This document shows positions 23,909-36,129 of a stretch of 64,000 nt of DNA, piece by piece. Each line of letters starts with the position of its first letter. The first letter of the stretch is position 1. The stretch lies in assembly GCA_047495785.1 (NCBI GenBank), contig JBLDXI010000103.1, positions 62,001 to 126,000 of the forward strand. Direction: 5' to 3'. Under the pieces are notes generated by a model, which saw only the letters and a list, made by a program, of their open reading frames with translations, did not search any database and had not been told where the DNA came from. The position numbers and the translations under genes are program-made. This DNA comes from Lepidodermella squamata (lineage: Eukaryota > Animalia > Gastrotricha).

Positions 23909-26900
23909 CCGTATTACCGCGTTTCACTAGACATGTCGTTATCAAATTGGATCAAAATTTTAAGGAGAAATAAAAACCCTCGCCTTTCGACGCTGTCGCT
24001 AGAACTGAAATAGCCCATTTTTACTCTCAATCATCAGTGCCGAAGGTGATAGTTAAGTACCCAGATCATCAACATCGTGAGGCCACTTGGAGGAATTCGA
24101 TGTAGGAATACTTGAAGGAAAGTTTCTCATTTGTTTTCCAAAGAGGCCAAGGAACAGAAAAACAATGGTGTCCCCCCCCCCCCCCCCTAACTTACTGGGG
24201 AATTTGGCTCAGAGCCGCGCCGATCGGGCTATCAAAGTTGCCCCTACAGCGTCACTTGTGATGGAAGATCACAGACGGACCTGGCAGCGGATTCATCATG
24301 TAGCCAAAGTGGGACCAACTTAACCACCCGCCGTCACCACTCAGACCCAGAACCCGCCCCTTGGGACCCAAACTATCCCGTCCTTACAAATTTTCCCAAA
24401 TTTAGAGTGGATGAGCAACTAGGATTTCGTTAGAAATCCCAGTTACCCCCCGACCCGTCTTGAAATTGCATCGCAATTTCCCATGTGCATTGTCGTTTCA
24501 GCCAGCCGAAGGCCGGCGCAGAGGGCAATCCCTCGAGTTCGCGGTGTGCTCGCCACCACAATTGCAGCAGCGAACACCCCGCAAACAAGTCTTCACGTCG
24601 TGATCTCGACCACATCTCAGGCATCTTATCGCATCGTTGCAGTTCCTAGCCAGGTGGCCGTATCGCTGGCAGTTGAAACATTGAACATTGAACCACATCA
24701 GATTGCTTGACAATAAACCATCGGAATCTTAACATGAATGGCTTGCAAATCAGGCCGTTTTTCACGCAGTTTTCAGCGAGATCGTAGTCGTTGAGCTCGA
24801 ACATAGCTTGCTTGCCGCGCAGTTCGACCATCTTATTCATCTTGTCGCCAAAGGCAGCTTTGATCGCAGTCGTTGATACAGCATCGGTGTCGAAGTTAGT
24901 CAACACAATTCGGTATTTTGGCTTAGCAGTTTGAATGATTTTCGCACCAGGAATCTTTTCCAGACATCGGATCTGAGCCGCCTGTTCGCTCGAATCGAGA
25001 CGAATAGACAGCCCATCTGCTGTTGGCTTACAGCTCTTGAAGCTGGCGTTCGGTGCCGAAGCCACGATTTTAGACCAGAGTTGTTTCCGGTCGCAGTTCG
25101 GATTCGTTTGGAGTAGAACAGTAGTTTCGCTTGTTTTCTTAGGCGGTAGGATCGGCTTAACACGTTTTTCAACGATCGGATCGGTTTCGGTTAACTGATT
25201 CAGTTTGACAATCGGCTTAATCAGCTTTGTTTGAGTTGACTTATCGTCGCAATTGGTCCGTTCATGGATGAGCCAGCGATCTTCTCCAAATTCCCCAAGT
25301 TGAATCAGATCGAGTAGGAAATCACGTTCAGACTTGTTGAACTGAAGCAAAGAGGCGTAAGTCTCAACGATGCGGTTGATAGCAGGTTTGCCGATTTTAT
25401 CGATCTGATATATGCTTTGAATTCTGGCGGAAGTCCATGGTAGAGACCCCATGTGTATTTCTCAGAACCCATCAGTTTTCTTGGTGAATCCATGCCACGT
25501 GGTTGAATCGATGAATGGGATTGCCACGCGCTCGTAGTAGTATCGATCGATGACGTACAGCTTGTTGTTGAAGCAGCTTTGTTGTTGTAAATATCTGACG
25601 AAGTTGGTGTGACGATAATAACGGCAGCAAAAATTGTTCGAAAATAATCACCAGTGCGCGTTCTAGGAACCACCACTGGGTTTCGTATCGACAGTAACCT
25701 CAGAAAAGTTATAATTCAATCGCAGATAAAACAATTGTGTAAATCTAGTTCAGAAAATGAAGAGCGACTAAATTTGTTTAATTTAAAGAGCCATCCTAGC
25801 ATGAGGAATGAACGACCGTTCATACTGTTTAGCATATTCATTATCCCGGCAGCTTGTTAGCTAATTCGATACACCATAGAAAAATGCGAGCCAGGGGCCG
25901 GCTTAGCACCACGTGAACGGCAGCTTGTGTAAACAACGCTCTGCTACAGCCTTTTCATCTAACTTCATCCTATATTCATCTTCCTATCCTCTCTATTCCC
26001 CCAAGATGATCATGCATCGTGGTCCTTGATGCGCCTATGCAAATCAAATAACATTGCCCAGCTATTTAAAGCAATTTTTTCAAATAGAGATACAAATTCA
26101 ATGGAATCAAAACCTAAGAAAACATTCAATCATACCAATCAATCGATAAAAAATAGTTATTTTCCAAATCATTAATAAATTTCAACATTATCTTTACTAC
26201 GGTCTGTTGCGAACCTTTCTGAAATCGGCAATGCTTATTGCCATTCATGTTTGAAGGCACAGCATGTCCTAATTTTCGCGATTTTCGCCATTTGGCCACT
26301 GTACCACCCAGACGAACGCCGTTCATATGTTTTCAAGGCAAATTCCTACGTATTTCATAAGGTTGTAATATTGATTCATGATTTATATTAAAAATGAGCT
26401 TAATCGTCTTATCACTGTTATATCAGCGGAAACGATGCCAAAAATAAGTATGAAACTGGCAATGAAAATTCATATGAATTTCATATTCTTGCTAAGACCT
26501 GAAATTCAGTATGAAAATAGCAAGAATTCGCCATGTGAACACCATATGATTGATAGCATTGTGAAATTCTACTACTCTGGTGATATGCATTTCATAAGAC
26601 CGGCGTTCCCAGACTTGTGTAAGATATCTGATAGTTCGGGTAATATGACTGCTATATGAAATATAGCCCCAACTTTCACTGCTATAGTAAGCCGCTGCAA
26701 ACGACCTACACGCTATATATACTATGATATATAGTAAGCCGCTGTTCAAGTACCACTGCTAGGACTAACGTAGCCAAGGACTTATTTGATGGGCCTAGAT
26801 TAACTCTGGGCCCAGCCTCGGCCTGGAAAATCACAATTTCGGCCGATATTGAGTTGATTCAACGTCTGATTGATTTCTTGAGGTTCGAGTCTCTTCCAAT

Positions 26901-27447
26901 CAAATGCTTGAAAAATCAAGTTTCAATCCGTAAAACTGATAACTGATGACTTATGAGCTATTAATTATTTTCCTCTCAAGTTTCACTTCAAAATAGCATG
27001 GCTAATCGATGCTTCAAGTGCGGAAATAATAGAGTTTGCTGGACAACAACTCACAATATTTTACCAAAACGACCGCAACAATTTAATTTATATTGACTCT
27101 TTAAAAACCGATTTTAAATTTAGAGATTAATTAGAGGCAACTGATGCAGGTAATTACTGCTAAAAATAATGAACGATTTGACAGTGAAATTCACGATGGA
27201 TAGGTAAAATAAGGATTTTTGGTTAATCAGGAAATATTTGAAAATAAAAAAAATCCTCCTTAAATAACTGGAAAACATGTTTGCTGAAAATTGTAGCGTC
27301 GACCGGGTGTCGTTATTAATGGACACCCATTCACTGATGACAAAATAAACCCTCACCTTTCGACAGTGTCGTAATAGGTGAAATATAACGACATGTCCTT
27401 GTATACAAACAATATAACGACATGTCTAGTGAAGCGCGGTAATACGG
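23909..27447. mobile_element. Pogo/Tc1-type DNA transposon (TA TSD) with no intact transposase seen, carrying a nested LINE fragment
   Basis: TA|CCGTATTACCGCGTTTCACTAGACATGTCGTTAT ... ATAACGACATGTCTAGTGAAGCGCGGTAATACGG|TA; removing it restores GAA GTA AGA ATT (E-V-R-I). Confidence 0.9.
24430..25700 (-). mobile_element. Non-LTR retrotransposon ORF1 (gag-like, three CCHC zinc knuckles), frameshifted
   Basis: QCFNCQRYGHLARNC / RCLRCGRDHDVKTC / RCCNCGGEHTANSRDC, preceded by an RRM-like region; the frame is broken by a 7-bp duplication (ttcaatg x2) near 24680. Confidence 0.8.
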
Positions 27448-28348
27448 TAAGAATTTTTCAATTGGTCGGCGTTTGCGGGCCATTTGATGTTAGAATTCCG
27501 CATTTTACTGTTAAAGCGAAGTGCATTGAAAATGTGTCTGGTACCTGCGAAGCTTCGATCACTGGTTCAAATCTCGGAGATTTGACGAGAAGAGCGATTT
27601 TTATGGCTGCTCCAATCAGACCTGCTGGATCTGCCAGCACGCAAACGCCATTCCGCATCATATATCCGACTGCTCCGACCAGACGTGCTGAATCAGCCTA
27701 CACGCAATCGCCATTCCGCCTCATATATCCGACTGCTACATACAGACTTGGGTGAAATGGCCAAGCCTAAACTACGTAGTGGACAATGAATGTTGTAATA
27801 ATGACGCAAGTCGTTACACAACCATGAGGTGTTACAACCTGCGTCACATAGGAACGAGCGTCAGTAGTTTTAAATGATCCATCTTTTTTGGGCCGAAAGC
27901 ACCCCCAGTTCGAGGGACCTACTTTGCGCACTGTTGTGTAGTTATTAGCAATTTCCTTAAGCGTATGAGCCTTAATAAAATCGATAGTAGTAACTCTTGG
28001 ACTTGTTGCGTTTGCTATACCTTCTCTTCATATATACCGTAAATTTTCAAATACTAACCCATTCGGAATAGAGGCCCACCCAAGCAACGATACATTGACC
28101 TAGAAAAGCCAATCTCGAATAGTAAGTAGCCCGGCCTATTACGTAAATTAGTGCAGCTATAACGAAGTGACTCGGTTGACCCATTATTCGCCGAGTAAGT
28201 GATGATTCTCCAGCTTCATCTCAGCAAAATGAAAATGATGATATGGTTCGATTGATGAAGGAGAGCCTGTGAATAAGAGAAATGATGAGGCGGAAATTTT
28301 TATAGCATATAAGCATAAAGTTAGCCTAGAAAGGTTGCCCCTTATACT

Positions 28349-29423
28349 CAGGGCCGGATCACCCAGTAGGCAAGTAAGGCAGTTGCCTTGGGGCCCATGG
28401 AATTTTGGCACCTCAAGTAAAAAACCACAGGGGGGACCCTTACCATCAAAGGGCCCATGAAAAAAATCGTACTCCTAACAAAATCCAAAGGCTCCCCCCT
28501 TATGTTTTATTCGCATTCGACAGTTTGCCTTATGATTTTGTTTGAAAAATCATGCTCTTAACGGTCTTCGGCTGCGCTGCATAAATCCGGCTCTCTGAAA
28601 ATGTGAGAAATGTGATGATAATCGTCAGCTAAAGCTCGCTTCGCTCGCTGCTGACTAATTTCTAGCCGGTGTGTGAATTCAGGGGGGATGGGATCCCCTT
28701 CAGCTCGGCCGGGCCATACAACAATATGAGAATTTATCCCACAGTATCGTTAATTTTGAGAAGTTGTGGAGCATGTTTTAGTGGATAATCTTTAAAATTT
28801 TCTCGCTTCGCTCGGTTTTCGGCCAAAGACTTTGTTTCCTTCCTCGGCAGCTCTAGGATCCAAGATCGCACCCTCTTTCTAGCAATTTAACATAATGAAA
28901 CATATTGGTCCTTGAAAGTGAATTCGAGGTCCGTTTAGGAATATGGGGTGTTGAAGTTTTCAAAGAGAGGAAGGTTTCCAAAATTGCGGAGCGCGAGACT
29001 CGCATCACGAAACCATCCACACGCAATTTCGAATCAATTATAGACTAATTTCAGCCAAAATTATGAAAAAATACCGTTAGCTAAAGCTCGCTTCGCTCGC
29101 GGAAAAAGTAAATAATTTCCGTTTCAATCACAACGTGACTCTTTAGAAAGCTTTTTCTGTCGAGAAACAGGGATACGGGGCATGTTATCTTAGCCGCCGG
29201 AAAGTTTCATCTATTCGTCTGTCACAAGTTTCGTCTATTCGCAAGTTTTTTAGTCTGAACACCAAAGGAAACTTTGAAAAAGACCTGGCCTATGAAATTG
29301 AACATTTTTCAAGACCAAGGGTGAAGAATGAAAGGACGTTGAGTGGGGAAGATAGGAGGGGGCCCGGAAAGAGGATTTGCCTAAGGGCCCGGAGTCAATT
29401 TTTCGTGTCATGATCCGGCCCTG
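28349..29423. mobile_element. hAT-type non-autonomous element
   Basis: TIR CAGGGCCGGATCA...TGATCCGGCCCTG with a perfect 8-bp TSD CTTATACT (28341-28348 and 29424-29431). Confidence 0.9.
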
Positions 29424-29824
29424 CTTATACTTGTTTGTATTAGCCCATTAATTAATAGTAGCTGAAACAATTGATGTTTTCTGAGTTTGTGGGAAGATGA
29501 CCCTTATTTTTCGGTAAGAAATGTATGAGGGCTCGATTTAGCTTTGAGGGGACGATATTTTTACCAACACACGCAACACGGAACGTACGTCGTAAACACA
29601 CATATATTTGGTTAAGGACAGCAGTGCAATCTGGGCCATTTAGGATTACCCGAATTCGTCCAATTAACGATTCTTGTTGATATAATGATGATCAATGTAC
29701 AATGTATTCCGCCTAATCCAATGCTAAGAGGTATTCAACTTGATCAAAATTAGTTGGATACCTCGTCTGGATAGTTATATTTTAGTCCGAAAAGTTCAGT
29801 AACTGGCGAATAATTATCAATCCA

Positions 29825-30217
29825 ATGTGTTGTTTTCCAATGTGTGTCAGGACGAATATGACACTGAACAAAATTTATTACTGGAAAGCGGTCGACCCAA
29901 GCTGGTTCTTCCCATGGGGAAGACCGCCAATAACCAGGTGGGTAAATTGTGTCGAACGAAGTCTAATAAAAATTGGTATTGCAGAGCACCGCATCATAAG
30001 GATAAGAAATCCAAATGAACCGAAAAAACGGGGAAGGCCCAGGAAATCGACCCTAAACTTGCGACGCACCAAAATTAAAATAGTAGCTGATTGGGAATTA
30101 GCTGAAATCACAGCCAGAAATAGAGATGAATGGCAGATGGCTTGCCTGACCATAGAAAATTATGAATTTTATAATAAAAGCAGGCTGTTCGCGACTGATC
30201 CCTCGGACTCGAGCTGA
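29825..30217 (+). mobile_element. Degenerate RTE-like LINE C-terminal fragment
   Basis: KIYYWK...WGRPPITRW and KKRGRPRK...WELAEITARNRDEW resemble the ORF2 C-terminus of RTE-clade elements. Confidence 0.45.
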
Positions 30218-30454
30218 TCGCCCGTCGCCGTCCCCAAAACCCGTACGGGTATTTGGAATTTGTTGCTCTTTTTGTTGTATTCCAACGGAGGACGAAAAAT
30301 AAAACAATTTCATTTGTGGTCATTTCATTCATTTGTGTTGTTTTAATTGTAATATGATGCGCATTCAAAAGCGTGAAAATCAAGACCATGATTTAAGGGG
30401 TAAGGGGTGTTCATTTTAAAACCGAACATCCTGCAGTAGTCGCGAAAAATAAAT

Positions 30455-32545
30455 CTGCCGCACTTTTTTTCGTGCACAGTGCCTAATATTAGTGTGCACG
30501 ACTCTTGCGAGGCCATCGTGCACACACACTGGGTCATTCACACATGCCAGTACTTTAAAATTTCAAAACGTTATAATTCTCCCAATTTTAATTAAAAAAA
30601 ATTGAAAATTTGCAGCCACATAATATTCGCCAAGCGTAGACTAACAAATTTTACCCGATGAAAATCGAGTAAAAAATAAGCGAGATGAAAATTATATAAA
30701 ATGCAGCCCATAATTAACAGTAATAATATAGCCGGCCACGCTAATTACCTGAGTGCGCGCGTATTCCGAAATATAGGTCAAGGCGCCAAAGAAATTTTTC
30801 ACATATTTTTCATCATTTCATTTCAAATTTTCAAGGCCATTATAAATAGTCGTAAAATTTGCAAATTCCAAATTGAAGAAAAAAACTGGATAATTAGGAT
30901 ACAATGCCGACCCTTCCTTCTCATTTCTACACTTTTGATCTATAGTCATCAAGGCCGAGAAGCGTCCAATTGGGTCTGGTGAAATTTATTTTAATTTAAA
31001 TGTAAATTACAATAATTAGAAATAACACCCATTTTTCATTTGATCAGACATCAATAGACCTGTGGCTTATTCGCTGTGTAGGTGTGCTTACGTCTTGCTA
31101 ATTTTTTCCATATTCAGACGCAAATTGTCTCTTGGAATCTGATTTCCAAATTGCAATGTCATAAACCGTTAATTTTCTACGATTTTCCGAAAATAGAGGA
31201 AAACACCCCTTTTTGTTGATCACGACAGCCGCAGCGGCAGCCCACTAGGATTCCATAGGGCTGCCGCGTAAAATTAATGAGACCCCTGCCGCGTCCGCCC
31301 GGCCCTGCCAAAAAACGTGACCCAGGTCACATTCCATCACCTGTAATAAAATCTCAAGCCCTGTATAAAGGTGTAAAGCTCCCGTAATAATGTCATGACC
31401 TGGGTCACATTCCCATCCCGGTAAAAAACCGAAACCCGGAAAATGGCACGTGCGCGCGGACCGAAGGGAGGCGCGCTCCGATAATTGACCTGACACAACT
31501 TAATGAGCCAGGTCACTATTTTTGCGCGCGCGCGAGGCCGAAGAGACAATAAATGACCCGAAAAAATAGGGATGCGCGCCGACCGCAGGGAGGCGCGTCC
31601 AGATAACAATATTATTTCTGGTTTTACCTATTATCTAAATTATAATTATCAAGCAATGCCCAGAAGACAATAAATGAACCAGATTAAAAAATGAGGTAGC
31701 CACGAGAGAAAATATATGACCCAGTTTAACAAGAACACGCGACCGCAGGGAGCGTGTCCCAGATTGATTTAAAGATTTAAAATAAAACCGCAAATACGCA
31801 AAAATAATGCGCCGGGCAAAAAATAATTTCCTAAGAATTATTAAAAAAAATAGTACTCGCGCCGACGGAGGAGGCGCGTCCAAAACAAATTACACAAAAA
31901 TTAAACGAAATAAGGTAATAATATTTTGTCTGATTTTCCCACTTCTAGTAACAAAAAACCAGTCCCAATGGGACGCTTCTCGGCCTTGATGACTATAGAT
32001 CAAAAATGTAGAAATGAGATGGATGGGTCAGTTGGTGGTAATAAAAATAGCACGCTCGCGCCGACGAAGGAGGCGCGTCCAAAAAAAATTAAAATCCAAA
32101 TCCCAAAATAAGAAATATTATTTCTGATTTTACCGTTTTTAAGGTAATAAATACGGTTGCATGTTTGAGTACAGCGTCCCGCGCGCGCTAATTACCTATC
32201 AAGGTGCGCGCACTATTCCCTATATTATATATGTTTGAGTACGGGCGCGGTAATTATCGGCGATATAATTACTGGTCCTTACTAGGTCGTGCAAGATCCG
32301 TCGTGCACAGCTAAATTTTAAACGCGACAAATTTCAAACAAATGATCTGATCCATTACATAGACCTCCTTAACCCGATATTGCTAATATAAAATTTAACC
32401 GTTTTATTTTGCCCACTTATTTTTAAAATCGACCGAAATGATTTTTAAAGCCTGACAAAAGTGAGACTGACATTTTCATCGTGCACGGCCGTCGTGCACA
32501 CTATATAAAACTGCCCAATGTGCACGATAAAAAAGTGTATTTGAA
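30455..32545. mobile_element. Nested non-autonomous DNA elements
   Basis: Outer imperfect inverted repeats rich in (t)cgtgcaca motifs (about 30460-30530 vs 32478-32540); inner inverted repeat about 30908-30974 vs 31965-32030; five copies of a cgcgccgacg(a/g)aggaggcgcgtcc-like motif between 31455 and 32080. Confidence 0.55.
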
Positions 32546-33051
32546 AATTTTTTTACTAAAATAATTTTTAAACACTATTAACAATATTTTTAATTTTATT
32601 TTCAATTGCGAAAAGCCCTTAAATTTTAGGTGTATAAAAGAAATGATAAAACTGTGACTTTGATGACTCATATTGACGATTAATAAATCCGACTACGACA
32701 GCCATACGTGCAGAGAGAAGGAATTTCGAGACATTCGATGCATCGGAGGAGAAACGACGACTGAATGGAGGCGATGCGAGGCCATTTGAGATTCTAATCA
32801 AGATTGTGCCGGGTATAATGTGGAACTAGAAACGAATCGCTGCAGCAGTCGAGGACGCTGCCGTCGAAAAACTTCCAACCTCGAGTGTCGCGACACCCCA
32901 GCTCCGGGACTCCCACCATAGGAAGGTTGAAAAAACCACAGGGTGGGCCCTTTGATTACTTCGGCTTCATTGCCCGCATCAAATTTGTGTAATCCCGGGA
33001 AGCGGTTATCACCCCATTTTCCAGAGTTCTGTTGATCAACTCGGTGCATTT

Positions 33052-33305
33052 CGTCGGCGCCGTGCAGTAATGTAGCTTAACCATGCTATACGCACATTGG
33101 AAAATAAATTTTCTTATTTTAACGAATTTTGCCTCGAAACTGGTATCAAAATGACCGTCTTGATGCGAGGATAAAGAATATGTAAAATTTGTGGCATTTC
33201 GAGCGTCCAGTGCCACGTTAAAGCTGTTTGAGCGGTTTTTCGTCCGCGTACTGTTATTATTATTAGTGTGTGTGCAAATGCATATGCATATATGATGGCC
33301 GCATG
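33052..33305 (+). repeat. Left terminal inverted repeat of the Sola1 element
   Basis: Reverse complement of about 51580-51826; it explains the near-identical spurious ORFs 32956-33216(-) and 51548-51844(+). Confidence 0.9.
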
Positions 33306-33892
33306 TAGCATCTTTTCCCGCCGTTGTTCTTTTTTCTTATTAATGCTTTGATATCTTTTAGGCTTGGGGTTAAGGTTCGGTATCTCAAAGGGTATCTCAA
33401 AAATATTTATGTCTTAGTTTTTTCTGAAATCCGCCCATAAATAACTTCTGCTGATAAAAATAAATGTTTCGTAATCTCAACAACCGTTTGACAAGTGCAA
33501 CCGATGTGCAATAAAAACGACATTACTTTTATACACCTCGCCTTCTCCCATCAATCAATTCATAACTAAAAGTTATTGCCATGTACTAGCCCTCGGAGAG
33601 TTTGTTGTGAAGCGAACCTAGCTGTTGCAGCAACGCCGAATGAACTCAACACATCATTTTAATGCGCAGCTATGAGCCGAGGGAGAATCAAAGTCGCAAA
33701 ATTGCATCGTTTTCAGAAAGGTGTCAATAGCAATATTTTTGCATAAAATAAAATTATCATTCAGCGATAATAAAACAAAACTCAGGGTTTAAAACGATTC
33801 TTTTCTTACAAATAATTATTTATTACAATAATAATAATATGCAAATGCAAAAGAGACACTTTCGGACTAGAAATTTCGCGTAAAAAGAGACA

Positions 33893-34638
33893 CTACAAAA
33901 TTACAAAAAGATAGTGGATAAATAGGTTTTTTTTACGAAAATGAAGATTGATTGATTGATTGTTGATGTCATCGCTCATTTCGATAGGTTTTTTGCTAGC
34001 TGTTTGCAACCACTGGCTATTAATCCAGCCGCAATCAACATTTTAGTCAGTTGCCATATAGCCAGACCCTTGATGTTGGAATAAAAACAATCACAATTTG
34101 AAAATCAAACGCGTTAACTTTAACTTACTTGAGCGGCATCGGAGTAGCCAGATGCAAATCGCTAAGATGACAAGAGCAAATAGAACCCAAAGAATGACCG
34201 AATAAGCGTCGGTAATATTATTATCCTGGTGGGACAGAGAAAAATGGTTAAACTTCGTGATTAAACTCAGGTACATTCAGAACAAACCGGTAAAATCTGT
34301 GAGCAATCTTTCGAAATGTTCAGCACGCTGTTCGTTAGATAGGACACTGACAGGGTCTGTGCGTTTGTTGGCGGGGTCTTTGTTTTGTCTGTTGCTGTTG
34401 TGGAAGTTGTTGATGTTGTTGTTGTTATTGTTGTCGATTCAATGAGACTGCGACATACTCTGCAACTGCCAGACTTGGCGCACCATATGATATTGGCATC
34501 TGTAAAATCATTGCTGTAAGATTTTTCTAGCAAAAACTGGCAAAAAAACTTGCCAGTGGGCTCAAGACAAGGCGGTGATCCCGATATCGTCTCCAACATA
34601 AAAACCGCCAAAATCCAACTATTAGTAAGATTAATCAT
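33893..34638 (-). CDS. Small Cys-rich type I membrane protein (transposon cargo)
   Basis: Signal peptide; Cys module (FTDANIIWCAKSGSCRVC); Thr-rich stalk; GT-AG intron; TM AYSVILWVLFALVILAICIWLL followed by RCR. A possible third exon gives FKFQWLQ, similar to FKFQKVIRWLQ in 48091-48441. The 3' end is uncertain. Confidence 0.65.
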
Positions 34639-34908
34639 CGTTAAACTTTACTATTCAATAGAAAATTATTTGTATCATACTAAATTCAGCAGTAAACAGG
34701 CAACAGAGAAACTCAGCAAACGTTAGCAGCTGAAATCCTACGTAAATTATGAGAACGGTCAAAGCAATGATGCTCATTTGAACAGTAAAAACTGGCAACT
34801 GACTGTCTGTTACCCAAATCACGAAGTCAGCCCTAAACCACTAGCGGGGCTTTGATGGAAGTTGTTTGATTGATGTCAAGTTTGTGCGAAATTTGCTGAA
34901 AACTCCAC

Positions 34909-35220
34909 TTGTCACAAGTAGAAAACAATCGGGCCAGTTTGTTACGAGTAGAAAACAGATGTGCCTATTTGTTACGAGTAGAAAACAAATATTGGAGTCG
35001 CAGTTTAACACTTGACAGGATGCTCCAAGAAGCCCAGTTTAAGATGACTTGGTCTCGACAGTAAGAGAGCCTCCCGGGCCTTCGTGATGACAACTTTTCA
35101 AAGGATTCAACATTGCGCGCGAGTGGACACTAATGGTTTAAAGTATAAGTATTTGTTACGAGTAGAAAACAAATAGGTCAACTTGTTACGAGTAGAAAAC
35201 AGATGCATCAACTTGTTATC
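34909..35220. repeat. 30-bp-period minisatellite with conserved core TTGTTACGAGTAGAAAACA
   Basis: Three units at 34909-34990 and two full units plus a partial one at 35153-35220; the ~11 nt between cores varies. Confidence 0.7.
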
Positions 35221-35567
35221 AGTCCTAAACATACGGATGAACTTGGATGCATTGATGGGTTAGTCATTTTTTGGTCATTTTACAGGATCTAGAGGTTAAA
35301 GACAAACCTCTCCGAGTAAGTTAAGCGATGGAGATGGAAAATTTAGTTATAGTTCACAAGTTACTAGTTGCTACAAGTAGTGAAGAACAAGCCGAAGTCT
35401 CACAACAGATCTTGCAAATTAAATCAAAATAAAAGCTTTAAAACGATTTCGAGGCAAATCTTCGGCGAAAATGAAAATGAAATTTCCCACGCATGAATGC
35501 AATGAGAGAGACTTCTTTATTATTTTGTTTCGTTCGACGACGTCAACTGAGACTTTTTTGTTGAAAT

Positions 35568-35732
35568 GTATGTATGTATGTATGTATGTATATTAGCGTT
35601 GGATTCGCACTAAGGCGGTCTTCCATCCAACGGACGCAGATGGGCGCGTCGAGGTAAGGTGGCGAGTTACCTCTTCTTTGTGTAGACGAAATCGTCCACG
35701 TATTCTGCTTTCAGCAGTACTTTCAGGAGTTA
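35568..35732 (-). mobile_element. Short retroposon 3' end with (CATA)n tail, copy 1
   Basis: About 135 bp nearly identical to 40885-41043, next to an (ATGT)n tract. Confidence 0.65.
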
Positions 35733-36129
35733 GCGAAACTCCTAAAACTTGAAAATAACCCGCCAAAAGACGTTCTTGGTTTTCAAATGAAATAAAATAA
35801 ACAAGAATTTTTTAATTACGTTATATTATAATGCTAAAATTAATTGAATAATGAAAAAAGCACAGCCTAGCACGCCGACGGCCAGCCTAGCACGACCGAT
35901 CGCCGAGCAAAAAAAAACGTGCTAGCAAGCTTGCCTTCTTTCACTTTCATCAACTTGATCTTGCGAAGCATACTTGCGTGGAAAAGTCTTTGTAGTCTGA
36001 AATCTGAATAATCTGAAATTTTCTATTGGTTAAAATAAGTTATTTTTCCAACAATATGGCTTTTATTGCATAGGTTTTTCATTTGATTTTTGTACTTTTG
36101 TACTTTTGTACTTTTGTACTTTTGTTGTA

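Larger units (their letters stand above)
22920..27755 (+). pseudogene. VMO-I (beta-prism) plus aerolysin/ETX-like pore-forming protein, disrupted
   Basis: Signal peptide and three VOMI repeats (GDDTALN, EDDTSVN, GDDTALN); intron 23458-23522; Ser/Thr-rich alternating beta-hairpin region (...ATVGLSSTTGYDWRTTSS...VPYGRE|VRIFQLVGVCG). There is an in-frame TGA at 23660-23662 and a 3.5 kb transposon inside the last coding exon. Confidence 0.8.

Noticed and set aside
23907-27451. The 3.5 kb insert as a spliceable intron restoring the toxin gene
   Set aside because: Using the GT at GAA|gtaccg and the nearest AG (gtaag|) shifts the frame; TIRs and the TA duplication identify it as a transposon.
32956-33311. 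Paralogous small proteins at 32956-33216(-) and 51548-51844(+)
   Set aside because: The similarity comes from translating the two TIRs; they are not genes.
34909-35220. CRISPR-like repeat-spacer array
   Set aside because: Spacers are only ~11 nt, there are few units, no cas genes, and the context is eukaryotic.
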